Notes: a model not told the origin generated them from the sequence alone. A stretch of 64,000 nucleotides of DNA from Massalongia carnosa (GCA_965645245.1 OZ287071.1:2418001-2482000); one strand, 5' to 3'; counted from the first letter of the stretch, positions 51,859 to 64,000 are shown. Translations and numbers: made by a program.

Positions 51859-53179
51859 ACTATTATGGTAGGTCGTTTAGTGTCCGGATAGGCGAATTTA
51901 AACGAATTTCATAGCAGTATGAATTATCTATTGTTGCTGTTACAAAATCAACGTTTCAGTAAAATGATGCGATTATTTGTTTACATATAACTAATATTTA
52001 GTATAACCTCCATTTGCATTCAGAGCTGCTTGCACTCGACGAGGCATTGACCGCATTAAACTTTCCAAAAACGCCTCCGTTATGTAGTCCCATGCCTCCA
52101 AGACAGCATCAACAATGGCCTCTTGAATTTTTGGGGCACTTGCTGACAGAATGCGTAATTCGGGGTGTCTTCTAAAGACTATGTTCTTCACTTTCTTCCA
52201 TACCATCTCGATGGGGTTCAAATCGGGGGAGTAGGCCGGCCAATCCATGACCGTGTACCCCTTTTCTTTGAACCAGTCCATTGTCTCTCGAATTTTGTGT
52301 GTTTTAGCTCCATCTTGCATGAAAACAATGCCCGAATCGTCATCGAGCAAGGTAGGAAGATTTTCTTTATAAGCATCGAGTATAATCAACCCTGTGATAC
52401 CTTTCTTTCCCGTACGATCTGGATCGGGCTCCAACGAGGTCAAACAACCCCGTCGATTGCCTGCAAAGCAGCCCCAGAACATCTTTGTGACTCTCGATCC
52501 ATTTTTGACTGGTTCGAAGCATTCTTGATCCCATTTCTCATTTGGAAGTCGAAAAACCCACACGTTCTCACTCCCATCCTGTTTGCAAACTGACATCTCA
52601 TCAGACCAACACACTTGAGCCCACTTATCCTCCGAAACATCCTCATATTGACGTGCCCAGCCCAGCCGATCAGCAATATAAGCTTCCGTTAACATCGTAC
52701 GATTAGCTGCGCGCCATTTGCGAACGTTTTGATCTCGAAGACGTCGTTTCATGGTGGTTCGAGAAACATCGGGCATAATGTTAGCTTGCAACTCCCCCAG
52801 AGGCTGTCGACGACCCTTTGACCCCGATTTAATCGCTGCTCGTATCAAATGACGATCTTCTCGTGCTGTGGTTATTTTGGGCCGACCAGATCGTACTTCC
52901 GATTTGTGGTCATCGCGTGTTGTAGCCTTCTTCAAAGTGTCTCCTATGGTGGAACGACCCCATTGCGGAAACTTTTCGTGTATAGTACTAACGGAGGCGC
53001 CGGCGAGGCCCATACCGTACATTTCAGCTCTGATTATGACGGGCACTTCTTTGCGCGTGGTTTTGGGCTGTTTAGAGCTACGTGGTGGTGGCATGATGGA
53101 TTGAAAGGTGGTTGTTTACTTTTCAAAACTAAAAAAATTCTCGCCTATCCGGACACTTCTGACCCCGCATAAAAATAGT
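51859..53179 (-). mobile_element. Tc1-like (DD34E) transposon with short imperfect TIRs
   Basis: Inverted core AGTGTCCGGATAGGCGA at both ends (about 51879-51895 and 53141-53157); ends are TA-flanked either at 51859/53179 or at 51866/53169. Confidence 0.85.
51991..53094 (-). CDS. Tc1-like DD34E transposase, intact (367 aa)
   Basis: RSGRPK, WSDE, FMQDGAKTH, WPAYSPDLNPIE, terminal GGYTKY; no stops. Confidence 0.93.
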   Translation of the reverse strand: MPPPRSSKQPKTTRKEVPVIIRAEMYGMGLAGASVSTIHEKFPQWGRSTIGDTLKKATTRDDHKSEVRSGRPKITTAREDRHLIRAAIKSGSKGRRQPLGELQANIMPDVSRTTMKRRLRDQNVRKWRAANRTMLTEAYIADRLGWARQYEDVSEDKWAQVCWSDEMSVCKQDGSENVWVFRLPNEKWDQECFEPVKNGSRVTKMFWGCFAGNRRGCLTSLEPDPDRTGKKGITGLIILDAYKENLPTLLDDDSGIVFMQDGAKTHKIRETMDWFKEKGYTVMDWPAYSPDLNPIEMVWKKVKNIVFRRHPELRILSASAPKIQEAIVDAVLEAWDYITEAFLESLMRSMPRRVQAALNANGGYTKY

Positions 53180-53500
53180 TACCTATGGGCAGTTGGATGT
53201 GATCGTCATAACTATTTAATGTAAGTCTAGCGTCACAAGGGGCCGGGGCTAGTTAGTTAGCTGGGGAACTCTGCAGGAAGCTTTTTACAGTACATGTTTA
53301 CAGTACGGCGGTGGAAGGGTTGATGCTGCTGAGCGTACGGAGTGGAGTACAGGCCGGGAGTGGACGCTGAAAGCGAGATAGAAAGTTTAAGGGGGGAGCT
53401 AACTACCTATTTACGTGTATGGAGCGTATAACTAGAAACTATACAAATCGGTCGATTCTTCTTCCCCTGACCACAATGCGAACTTGTAAACAAGTCGCAG

Positions 53501-53897
53501 ACGTAATTTGGCTAGGACGTAAGGTAGTGTCGAGATCGAGTGAAGGCAGGTCGTGAGTAGTCGGCGAAAGGCCGAAGATGGAGGGAGAATTATGTTCACA
53601 TAATTGGACAAGGGGGGGAGAAAGAGAGCATGAATAACTAGCTGTATCTTTCGACATTCTTCTTTCCCTCCTCATCATTATTGATTCGAGGCTCGGCATC
53701 AAAAGGGGGTTTTTTTCGTTCGTTCATTCATTTTTTGAATCAACAGCATATATAGATAGATGAAGTTTCCCCCCTCACTGCCGTCAAAACAAAATCATTA
53801 TAGAGGAATTTTTCAGAAAAAAACGGAGAGTCATGAGGAGAGAGTTGCTCGATCATAGATAGTAGTTACATATGTCTAGCCGACACGATGAAGCCTG
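53501..53897 (+). repeat. Dispersed ~370-400 bp repeat, copy 2
   Basis: Ordered shared blocks with 63556-63922: gtaattYggctagg, cgagtgaaggcagg, ttggacaa.g.ggggagaaagag.gcat, cccctcactgc.g.caaaacaaa, agccgacacgatg.agcctg. Confidence 0.85.
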
Positions 53898-54211
53898 AAA
53901 TTGCCAGCAGATTGGCAAAGCCTCCGTAGTTGATAAACTAGAGTAGGTACTTGAAAGCTCGTGACTTGAATAACTACCAAAGGTTACAACGGGCCCCAAA
54001 ACCACCAAGAGTACCCGAAACCAGTAAACTCCTAGGCATGAAATCGAGAGGTAAAGAAATGTATAAGTAGAGAGGAAAATGGGCGCGATGAGAAAATTAT
54101 CCTCTAATCAGAACCTCTCAGGCTTAGTAGTCGCTTCTTATTCTGTTGCTCAAGAAGCATAAGCTGTATTTGATAAGCCTGTGCGGATCATGACCCGTCA
54201 GTAAATAGCTG

Positions 54212-57200
54212 TCAGGACCTCGGAATTAATTCAATTTCACTTACTAGCATGCCCCCATTTCCTTCTCTTTTTACCCGAATTAGTGCTGCTTGAGGATCCG
54301 CCTTCCAGTCAAGCAAAAGCTGCGAAATGGATGTATAACCAAAGACTGCGGCTTCCTCCAGCGCCGTAGACCTACGGCTCCTCTGGTTTACTTCAGCACC
54401 GTGTTCAAGTAACAATCTTACAACTACTTCATGCCCGTGGCTTGCCGCTGTTTGTAAGGGTGCAACTTCAGTTTCTGATGCAGCATTGACATCTGCTTTC
54501 CATTCAGTTAAGAGTCTTACAACTGATTCGCAACCATTTCTCGCCGCATAAGCCAATGCTGTGCCCAGGCCGGACCTGCTCGTTGAGTCGATGTCTGCGC
54601 CTCCTTCCAGTAATAATTTCACAATTGCCTCAAAGCCGCGATCTGCCGCTATTTGTAAGGGTGCATGCTCACTTTCTGATGCAGCATTGACATCTGCTTT
54701 GCCCTCAAGTAGCTTTTTCACCGTTGATTCATGGCCTGCTCTCACAGCGTGACACAACGCTGTTTCCACATTCATGTCCTCCACCGCATCAACCTCAGCC
54801 CCTCTTTCAATTAACTGCACGACAATCGCTTGATGTCCATACTTCGCCGCTTCCTGTAGCGCTGTGCCATAACCGCCTGTATACCCATTGATATTTGCAC
54901 CTCGTTCAAGCAAAAATTCAATCATTGCTTCCTGCCTGAATTTTGCAGCTTCTTTCAGCGCTGTCCCAAATGCGGCTGAGTACGTATTTATGTCCGCTTT
55001 CCATTCGAGCAGTAATTCTACCACACGCTTGTGTCCGCCTGCTGCCCCGTGGCTTAAAGCTGAGTTCTTGTTTGCATGGGGAATCTTCATGCTTTCCAAC
55101 AATAGGCTTACGACTGCTGTATGGCCTTTGCTCGCAGCTTGTTCTATTGCTGTCATGCAATGCTTGTCTATCGCGTTTACATCTGCTCCTCTGTCTAGTA
55201 ATTGCTGAACCATAGCAGATTTGCCACCAAGCGAAGCAACCTGCAGTGCAGTACCATACGTTTCAGAGCTGTAATTGATATTAAACCCTTTGCCAAGTAG
55301 CTTTAGAACTTCCCCTATATTTCCTTTGGAGGCAGCGAGCTGAAGCGCCTGATCATAATGTTTCATCACTATGGGTAGCATGCTTTTTGTATCGTCACCT
55401 AAGGAATGAAGATTTTTAGGATAATCTTTCTTAGCGCCCAGTTCACAGCCTTTCTCCAAAAGTAGTCTGACGCTAGACTCGTGGCCATATGAAGCGGCAG
55501 CTTTGATACCCTTATAGTAATTATTGCTGTCCGCATACGCTGCTCCATACGTTTGTAGAAGAAGCGACAATACCTCTTCATGGCCACCCCTTGCGGCTCC
55601 AATGAATAACGCCGAGATCTGGGACGGTGACAACTCCTGGGCCGGTAACAACGCTTTGGATGATGACGACTCCTGGAATGGTGAAAGATTAAAGTATCGG
55701 TTACCTTCGTCCAGAAGTAGTTTCAAAATCCGAGCATGCCCGCGCTCCGCAGCTACGTAAATAGGAGAAACCGCGTTCGTACTGGGGATAATATCAATCG
55801 ACATTGTTATCAAAACTTTCGTAAGTTCCTCGTCTCCTTTCCCTGCAGCCAGATTCATTGCTGCGCCTGCATGCGATTTTAGGTAGTGGAGGTTGTCTTC
55901 ACTCGATAGACTCTGTAGAAGCAATTTTGTTGCTTCGCAGCTTTTTTTCTTTATAGCTCGCCCGAGAATATTACTTTCCACTAGTAGCGAAGCTTCAGCT
56001 TCAGCGCAAAGGGCACTGACAGCAACAATATCATCAATGTCGACCGCAAGTTCCAGGGCTCGACTTAGTGAGCAGCGCTGTACTTTGGGAAATGTAAGCT
56101 CGTCAGCCAAGGGTTCATGCTCTAGTAGGTGCTTCGCTAATCCGCTACGGGTTGGAAACCCGATAGTGGAGTAATCACAACCTGAATATGTGCATTCGAA
56201 AACCCCCTTATTGTGCGTCGATTGATGCTTGTTGCGTGCTTGCAGGCTTTTAAAACCGTCCAGAAAATTGGAACATGAGGGAATGGAGCATTTGAAGACC
56301 TTAGAGCCATAGGCTTCTGTTAACATGGTAGCCGCGCTTCTTCCATTTAAGTTCATTTTTTCAATTTCGGACCTAACCTGGGAAAGATGTTGCATAGAGT
56401 AAGGTAATGGATCTCCCAAGAGGGTCAGTGACTTTATCTATAATTAGATGGAAAGAAGATCTCACAATCACTTTCTCCGCTGTTCTGAATCGAATAAACG
56501 GAATTGTATACTATATGAATCTGGGATAATTCTTGTCGTAGATCACAGTTTCCTGGTTGCATTTCGCCCCCACTTGAAGCTCTTGACTGGTGGGAGGATT
56601 CGCGATGGCAGGATAGCAGATTTGAGCACCAGCGTCTTAAAGAAGACAGATCTTGATCATCTGCTTCTAGACTGAGGTTAAGTGCTAACTCTGAATGATA
56701 TATCCAGTTAAGCGTAGCATATTCCTGAAAAGCATAAGCCCCTGTAGCAACAAGGTCCTCATTATCCATTATATCAAGACTCTGAAAACATTCAAATGTA
56801 AGGTATTCGACACATAATCTTGCCATACGAGTCTCTGAAGTGAGAATATTAATGAAAGGGCCGCTGTGATACTGAATCAGATATCTTAAATCAACAACAA
56901 TATAGGTCAGCCATCAATTCCGTGAAGTTTCGTTCTTACTTACTGTCTTGCAGTGGGATGAACAAAACTGATGGTATTGTCTGCGTGAACTTCAATGATA
57001 GATCCACACAGCTCACTTAAAGGGGTTAACAATCGACGTCGAGCGAAATCTACGCTTCTGTCTTGTAAGCGAATGGACAGCGCTCCCTGAACTTCTTGGA
57101 ATTTTAGGGGCCGTCGGGCCGTAATGATAAGTCCTAGAATATAGATAGTACGTTCTTGACTCTTTTTGGATCGGCCTTTACTGAGGCGTATTAAGATACG

Positions 57201-59181
57201 GCCATATCTAAAACATTTAGTGCTAAAAAAAACCCCTTTTTGATGCATTGGCACTTACGCCTCATTGATCCCTTTTGGAAGTATATCGGTGTCAAGTTCT
57301 TCTTCTAAATCTTCAAGACTCTCTTGATCGATAAGATTGTCCATGATCAAGCGTGCGAGGAGAAACATGCCTGATAACTTTAGTAAGATAGCTCGAGTGA
57401 TATAGCTATAAGCCTCATAGTTACCATCCGATCTGCTCGATACGTCCGTGATGATAGATTTCTGCTTCTCTGGACACAATCCAAAAGTTTGACATAGCCG
57501 CAACGACCTCGTACTGACATAGTCATGTATATCATGCGTAAAGTGACGGCGTCCGATGTCAAAACGAATGGCTGGCGCTAATAAATCTTCCATGTCCTTG
57601 ATCTTCTGGCTTGTCAGAAACATCTTGACGTTGGCGTGTTGACTAGACACTTTCAGAACTTTATCCAGGAGAGACAGAATGAGGCGTCGGTCCTCCTTCT
57701 CACATTCATCCAGCCCATCGATTCCGATAAAGAGGAAATCATGTGCAACCAATAGATGCTCCAAGATATTCTGATAAGTCTTAAAGGTGCTGGGATGCCG
57801 TTCGCCGCTCGATACGGCAGTTTCATAAAGGAAATCTAGGGAAATAGGGTTCAGTTGAAGAAGCTGGGCTATCAAGCTTCTAGCAACTCCGTCCAGAGTC
57901 TTCTTTAGATGATCGCCATTCTTGCAGTAAAAAAATATCACCTGTGACTCAGGAATTGTTTCCTTAACATAATCTACAATGGAGCTAAAAAGCACAGTTT
58001 TACCTAGGTTTGGAGTTATTCAATAAATCGAAGCTAAAGGTCGAGAAATAAGAGTTCCATACCTGCACCGGGAATCCCACGGATCCAGAAACTGCAATTG
58101 GAGCTTCCGCCTTGCTGAAGCCAGCGACACATGGAAGATTCACTGAACATCCAGCGTGTAGTACGAGGAAATCCATGTCGCTTTCTTTGCTGCTCTTCAT
58201 GATCAGCGTAACATGATGTTGGCGATAACCAGTCGGTGATGGTCAACATTCGATCCTTCTTTGTCCGCTCCAATTCCGCATCGAACGCCTTTGTGAAAAG
58301 GAGCCGGGCTTCCTGGGATTCTTGGAAATGAGCAATATGAGCCGAATTTAGTAGTAGCTCTCTTGAGCGTTCCAGTTTTTTGATCACATCTCCGAACATG
58401 TCTCCAAACGTATGAATACCGACTTTGAATGATATTTTCCACACTTGAACGTAGATAAAAATTGTTCTGTTAGTGGGTACTAGGATACTTTGATCATTGG
58501 TGTGACCCACTGCTTTGGCTAAAGAAGAGGACAGCCCGCTTGTGAAAATCCAGAACGTCCTCGTAAACGTCAACCAGCACTTGCTGCACATACCCGTGGG
58601 ATAAGAACAGCTGATCAATTGCTGAAAAAATAGGGAGAGATTTCCCTAACTTCTCATAGGCGTCCAGAAGAGCATCGAAAGCTTCTGTGAGGTTCGAGGC
58701 AACCTATCCATTAGGAATATGTCAGTACTTATTATTCTCTTCTCATTGGACGGCTTCATGTCCAGCTTAGCTGGTATAAAAAAGACAAAGCTAGGAAAGC
58801 AAGAACTTGGATAAATGACCGAAAAGTCGAATTAGGTATTCACACCTGTAAACAGAACTTAATGGGTCCCTAATATAAATCAGCACTTGGCGCTACTTAT
58901 GATATGTAGATACCAACCCAGACGAAAGCCATGATTATGGGTTTTGCATTGACAAACACCTCAATCACTCTAGAATACTGCTCGAGACCGTTCAGAAAAG
59001 GCCGAACTTTGTTGAGATTCCGAAAGCATCGTCGTTGAGCTTGTATCTTCTGGATCTCGGTGATGGCTTTTTTGAGCTCTTCGAACGTCGTAACTTGAAA
59101 AGCCTCGATATGCTTAGGCATCAACCGACTTCGAAAAGTAGAGAGCACAGAAAGAAAAGGCGACTCATTGATTCCCGCCAT
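54212..59181 (-). CDS. NLR-like STAND protein: helical N-terminal domain, NACHT NTPase, winged helix, two C2H2 zinc fingers, C-terminal ankyrin repeats; apparently intact
   Basis: AFVW|GPIKFCLQ N-terminus; Walker A WIRGIPGA|GKT, Walker B IGIDGLDEC, GMFLLARL, FVHPTARQ|YL; CSIPSC..H...H and CTYSGC..H...H; more than ten ankyrin repeats (TALQ.AA..GH..VV.LLLE.GADVN). All junctions I traced are in frame at GT-AG introns. Confidence 0.9.
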
Positions 59182-59450
59182 GATCAGATATTGGATTGGC
59201 CTTGCAGTTAGAAAACCGCAACGTTGGTGATAACATGATGCGACAAAAAGAAATTCAGCTGCAGCTTTTTCCTGCCCTGGAGGCTGTGTACTTGTCTAAG
59301 CGCAAGGCGAACAGGCTGACCTCGAAAATAAAAACTTCGACGCTGGGTGAAAAAATAGCAGCTACAGATAATTGTTCACAACCAAACACGACTCCTAATC
59401 TGTAGTCTTTTATACCTCATAGAGCATCTTCAGGATGCAACTTGTACCAT

Positions 59451-62400
59451 ATGGACGTTTCAAGCCACAAACGAGCGCTGCCCTCTGAGCGAGCAGAGTT
59501 ATGCCAAAACAACACCCAAACTCCAAAGCGACGAATGATCTCTACAAGTAGATCCTTCACCAGAAGTCCAATTTCCACGAACCTCGATGGGAACAGCGGC
59601 AGCCAGTCACTCGGCCGAAGCAATACCATCGAAGGAGTATCGAACATATCGGACTCGCAAGGCATACTAGACAGTTCCCCCAGTCCATCAACGGCATTGA
59701 GTGTTCTGAGCCATGCGCATCCTGGAGCGCCATCAATAAATTTAGATATCTCCCCAAATAGACCTGAGCTATGTTACGGAGCGGTAAGCTACCAACGCCG
59801 CTCCCGTTGTGATTGACGTGGTCGATGAAAGATCTAATCGCAGTCTCTAGATTATCGACGCCAGATTAGCGCCTCTGGGACGGTCATCAACAATATCCAG
59901 AATCCTCTCATCCTTCACAAAGGCGCCGGTGGCTCTGCAGCTTCGATTTCGAGCGGATGCAGTGACCCTGCTACTACCTACGCTAGAAGAATGTGGAGTC
60001 CTCGACTCCAAAACTGCTCATATTCTCATACTTCTTCTTAAAGACCATAGATCTCTCGAGTTCGAAGCATATCTAGATCAAGAACAAACGCAAGGCCCTT
60101 ATTCTGGGAATAAACATTCTTCCGTTCTACCTCTTAGTATCAATGTTTACGGTCCGCGAACATCCTTGGAAAATGTTGCAACTGCGTTATCGGAGGCGCG
60201 GGTTTTCTTTCAGGAGCCGAGGAATTTCCATCCAGCGTCGACTTACCATAATCCTCACTTTCTATCCTGGGATGACGATTTGCAAACACCTCGAACACTT
60301 CAGTTAAACCATACACCCGAGATTGATCTAACAGCGGAGATTTGCAAAATCCTAGATCAATCCCCTCCGGAAACAGTGGTTGATTGGCCGCTACAAGATT
60401 GCCGAATCCGAACAACTCTTCATAGGTTTGCCATTGACAGCAGAGGTTAAGGTGATAATTTACTAAGTTGTGCGCCCATTCTAGTCACCAATTGGCGGCG
60501 CTCCGATTCATGGTTACTCGGGAAGAAGAATTTGTTACCGATAATACTTCATCACTTTGGCAACGACAATGCCGCTTCGGCAAAGACGTGTACGAAGGCA
60601 TTAGTTTCAAACCTGCGATGTTTGTTTGTGAAGCTGATGTTGATAGTGTAGATACGTTCATAAAGTGACAGCAATAGAACAAACTACAAGGCCTCAACAG
60701 GCTCGAGGGGGCTTATTAGCAGATGACATGGGGACGGGTAAATCTCTTACCCTCCTCGCCCTTGTTATCCATACTTTAGATGAAGCTCGTATGGAGTCTT
60801 GCAGAAGCCCAACAATACAACAAGCCCATGGCTGGAAAAAGCAAAACTCAGGGGCAACTCTCATTATTGCGCCCAAGTCAAGTATTTGCTCCTCGGCTCG
60901 TGATCACGCGAGTATATGCTTACGCAGGCGTATAGCGTTATATAATTGGAAAGTAGAAATTGAAAAGTGAGTTGCTCATCATGTGCTGTATTACGCTTAT
61001 CGGACTGATGTTCTAGACATATTTCGCCTGCTATTGTTAAAGTATTCTTGTATCATGGGATAGGAACCTCTGCTGGTTCCAATCTTCTCGAAAAGTCCGA
61101 TATCGTACTCACAACTTATGAGACGGCCTGTTTGGATTACTTCCGAGGGGGAGTTCTCCGAAGTATACATTGGTTCCGTGTTGTCCTGGATGAAGGTAAT
61201 AAACATGCAACGTTCTATACTCTTGGCATTTACATTTTGCTGATTATGCTTTGGGATGCTATAGCACATCAAATACGCAACCGCTCAACAAAGACCTTTT
61301 TGGCGATTGGGGCTCTTCAAGCTATGAGACGATGGTGTCTCACTGGAACTCCTGTGCAAAACCGGCTCGAAGATCTCTTCTCTTTAACTGAGTTTTTGAG
61401 GTTTTATCCAGTTGATAACTACTCGAATGTACGACGGTATATCTTGAGTCCATTGGGGAGGAAAGACAAGCGTGTGCTAACGGACCTTCATTCAATTATG
61501 ACCACCCTGGCATTGAGAAGAACTAAGGCAAGCTGCTATCGTCAACGCAGATCAGAGCGTGTTGAGTCAATCATATTATCCGCAAAAGAGCGGGAGCAAT
61601 ACAACCTGATCCTTCAACACGTTAAAAAGATGCGCTCCAGAACCGCACACGATGCTCGTTCTCATATTCTACTTCGTGCAATAATCAAGTTAAGGCAGAT
61701 CTGCAGTAATGGCACGCTTAGTGCAACCTCAATTTTTAGAAATGAGACACCCTACACGGAAGAGACATTGAGTTGTCATCAATGTGGTGATTCCTTGCCT
61801 TCTTTGCCAATGCAAATTGAAGAGCCTCAAGATTTCCAAGGCGCACAGTTATGCCATGATTGCCAACTTGGTTCCTACTACGCTGCACCAGACTCATCAT
61901 CTCTATATTCATCGTTTAATGGGCCCTTGCTTCAAGTACATGATTCGACGAACATTAAAGATTCTTTGAGAATAGAAGAAATTGTGTGTGGTAGCGATTC
62001 TACTGGGGCAGATAAGTATCAGGTTAAAATGCCGCCAACAACCTACCAAACGTCTTCAAAGTTGGCTAAGGTTCTTTCAAATTTAATAGATCTTCAGCAA
62101 ATACGCAGCGAAGGTGAAGCACCTGTTAAAAGGTATGCGCCTTCTTTCTTATTATTGATCAGCCACAAACGACCTGATATAGTTTGCAGCCTTGTATTCT
62201 CCTGCTGGACCACAACCCTCACGCATCTTGGATTCGCCCTCGCTAGCCATAATATGCCGTTCGTACGTTTTGATGGCAGCCAGTCTCTTGGAGACAGGGC
62301 ATCGAACATAAGCCGGTTCCAGTCAGAACCTGACCTTAAGATTATGTTACTCTCTATGGGCTGCGGTTCGGTCGGGTATATGCTCTGGGCCATTTTCAGC

Positions 62401-62807
62401 GTTGACGATGGCTGATCTTCAACCTAGACTCAACTTAACGGCTGCATCATATGTACATTTTGTGGAACCTCAATGGAACCCGATGGTGGAAGCTCAGGCA
62501 GCTGCACGCGTCGACCGTTTGGGCCAGACCAAAGATGTAGTAATTGTTCGCTACGTGGTTGAGAATTCGATAGAACTGGTTCGTTTCAAATTTAAAAATT
62601 TTCTTTAATGCGCACACTGAAGCTAAATCCTTGTCAGAGAATTCAGGCTCGGCAGGAAAAAAAGCTGAAAGGCGCCAAGTTCTCTCTATCACAAATGACG
62701 CAGGATCGAATGGCTGATCTGCCGGGAGATCTTATGGTATACAATCACTTTTTACCTTTAACATGTAATTACTCATCCAATACTAGGAGATTGAAGAACT
62801 ACTATAG
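59451..62807 (+). CDS. SNF2-family helicase/ATPase, Rad5/Rad16-like, multi-exon, apparently intact
   Basis: GGLLADDMGTGKS, ATLIIAPKS, DIVLTTYET, VVLDE|AH, WCLTGTPVQN, CHQC...CHDC insert, SLVFSCW, RFDGS, LNLTAAS..EPQWNP..EAQAAARVDRLGQ; in-frame splice junctions; stop inferred at 62805-62807. Confidence 0.92.
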
Positions 62808-63555
62808 AGGCCTTCGAACTCGATCGCACTTGCATCACCTAGGCATGTCTACAATCGCAGCTGAGATCCTATTGAATCTAGGAAGATCTAAGCCTTTCAA
62901 GGAGGGTTCAAATTATAATCTGCGGTTCTAGACCACTGTATGACCCATTCATGAGACATCTGTAAGCGAAACATATTCTTTTTTATGAATGGCAATAACA
63001 GAGCGTCACCTAAACTGTGAATACAATAAGACTTAACGTATTATCCAACCGTTTTAGGAGGGGTGAGGGGTGTAAGCTTGCAAAACCAAAAGGTAGGGGA
63101 AAACTGGTCCTTTGCCCACCAGAGCGATTTGAACTGCTGATCCAAGGTGGACTCTGCGTTAAACTCTACCTCAGTCGGTCCGGAATTCTATAAATATAAA
63201 CAGAATTACTGAAGAACAGAATAGGAAAACCATGCTAGACGGCATAGCCAACTAACCTATAGAATTTTTCCTAACAGACGAGAGGAAACACAGACAAAGT
63301 TTACCTTACCAATTTCCCATCATCTTTTAATTTCTCCATGAATTGCTATAAACCAGGAGTATGCAATAACTATAGCTTAACTAGTTCCTAAGTTCACATC
63401 AAACTAAGAGGTCAAGTATATAGTACAAGCCGAAAAACAATCTATCTTCTTTCATTATGTTGCTTTCTTTTCATTCTTAATGGCTTATTCCTGCTTCCTC
63501 TTCCCCTCCCCCCTCCTTTCAGTCCCTATTTGTCCTAATTCCAAGACTCAAAAAA

Positions 63556-63922
63556 GTAATTCGGCTAGGGCAAAAAGGAAATGGCAAGACCGAGTGAAGG
63601 CAGGCCGTAGCCAGCCGATGATGTTCAAATAGTTGGACAAAGAGGGGAGAAAGAGGGCATAAATAGGTGTCCTTCTGGAACTCTTCTCCTCATCATCACC
63701 GTTGATTCGGAGTCCAGAATCAAACGGTTTTTTTTCCAACTCACTCAGTCATTGAATCAGCCGCATAGGTAGATGGAGTTCTTCCCCTCACTGCTGCCAA
63801 AACAAAGCCATTATAGGAGGGGCCCTCAGCAAAACTGAGAGTCAGTCGGGCAGCGGCGGAGGCGGAGTTGTTCAATCATAGAACGTAGTTGCATATATAT
63901 TCAGCCGACACGATGGAGCCTG
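63556..63922 (+). repeat. Dispersed ~370-400 bp repeat, copy 3 (direct orientation to copy 2)
   Basis: Same ordered blocks as 53501-53897 and the reverse complement of 23920-24290. Confidence 0.85.
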
Positions 63923-64000
63923 CGAATTACGTGACGATTATATTTTCCAATCTTCTCACCTTCTATAATATCGCTTTAATAACATCCGACCTCTTTAAAA

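Noticed and set aside
1..64000. CRISPR arrays, rRNA, tRNA, LTR retrotransposon or Starship captain (tyrosine recombinase) genes
   Set aside because: None recognised; the sequence is eukaryotic and no such motifs were found by eye.

Overview
Intron-containing filamentous ascomycete DNA (short GT-AG introns with CTRAY branch sites; a lichen-forming Lecanoromycete-like genome is my inference only). Conserved housekeeping genes (MRPL49/bL21m, RPS29, NSA2, MPS1, YOS9, JAC1, a pirin, a Cps1-like GT2 glycosyltransferase) are interspersed with long low-complexity intergenic tracts, four DNA transposons (three Tc1/mariner-type, one pogo/Fot1 nested inside one of them) and several decayed genes. Most notable: (1) an apparently intact head-to-head pair, about 270 bp apart, of a NACHT-C2H2-ankyrin NLR-like gene and a Rad5/16-like SNF2 ATPase, bracketed by two direct copies of a ~370-400 bp dispersed repeat (candidate NLR/SNF2 immune module); (2) two dispersed paralogues of an unannotated three-exon coiled-coil gene with a conserved RNxxAH (HEPN-like) motif; (3) an intact DD37E Tc1/mariner element flanked by a 5-bp duplication instead of TA; (4) a 35-bp tandem duplication of the branch point and 3' splice site inside NSA2. 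All exon structures were inferred by eye; no database searches were run.
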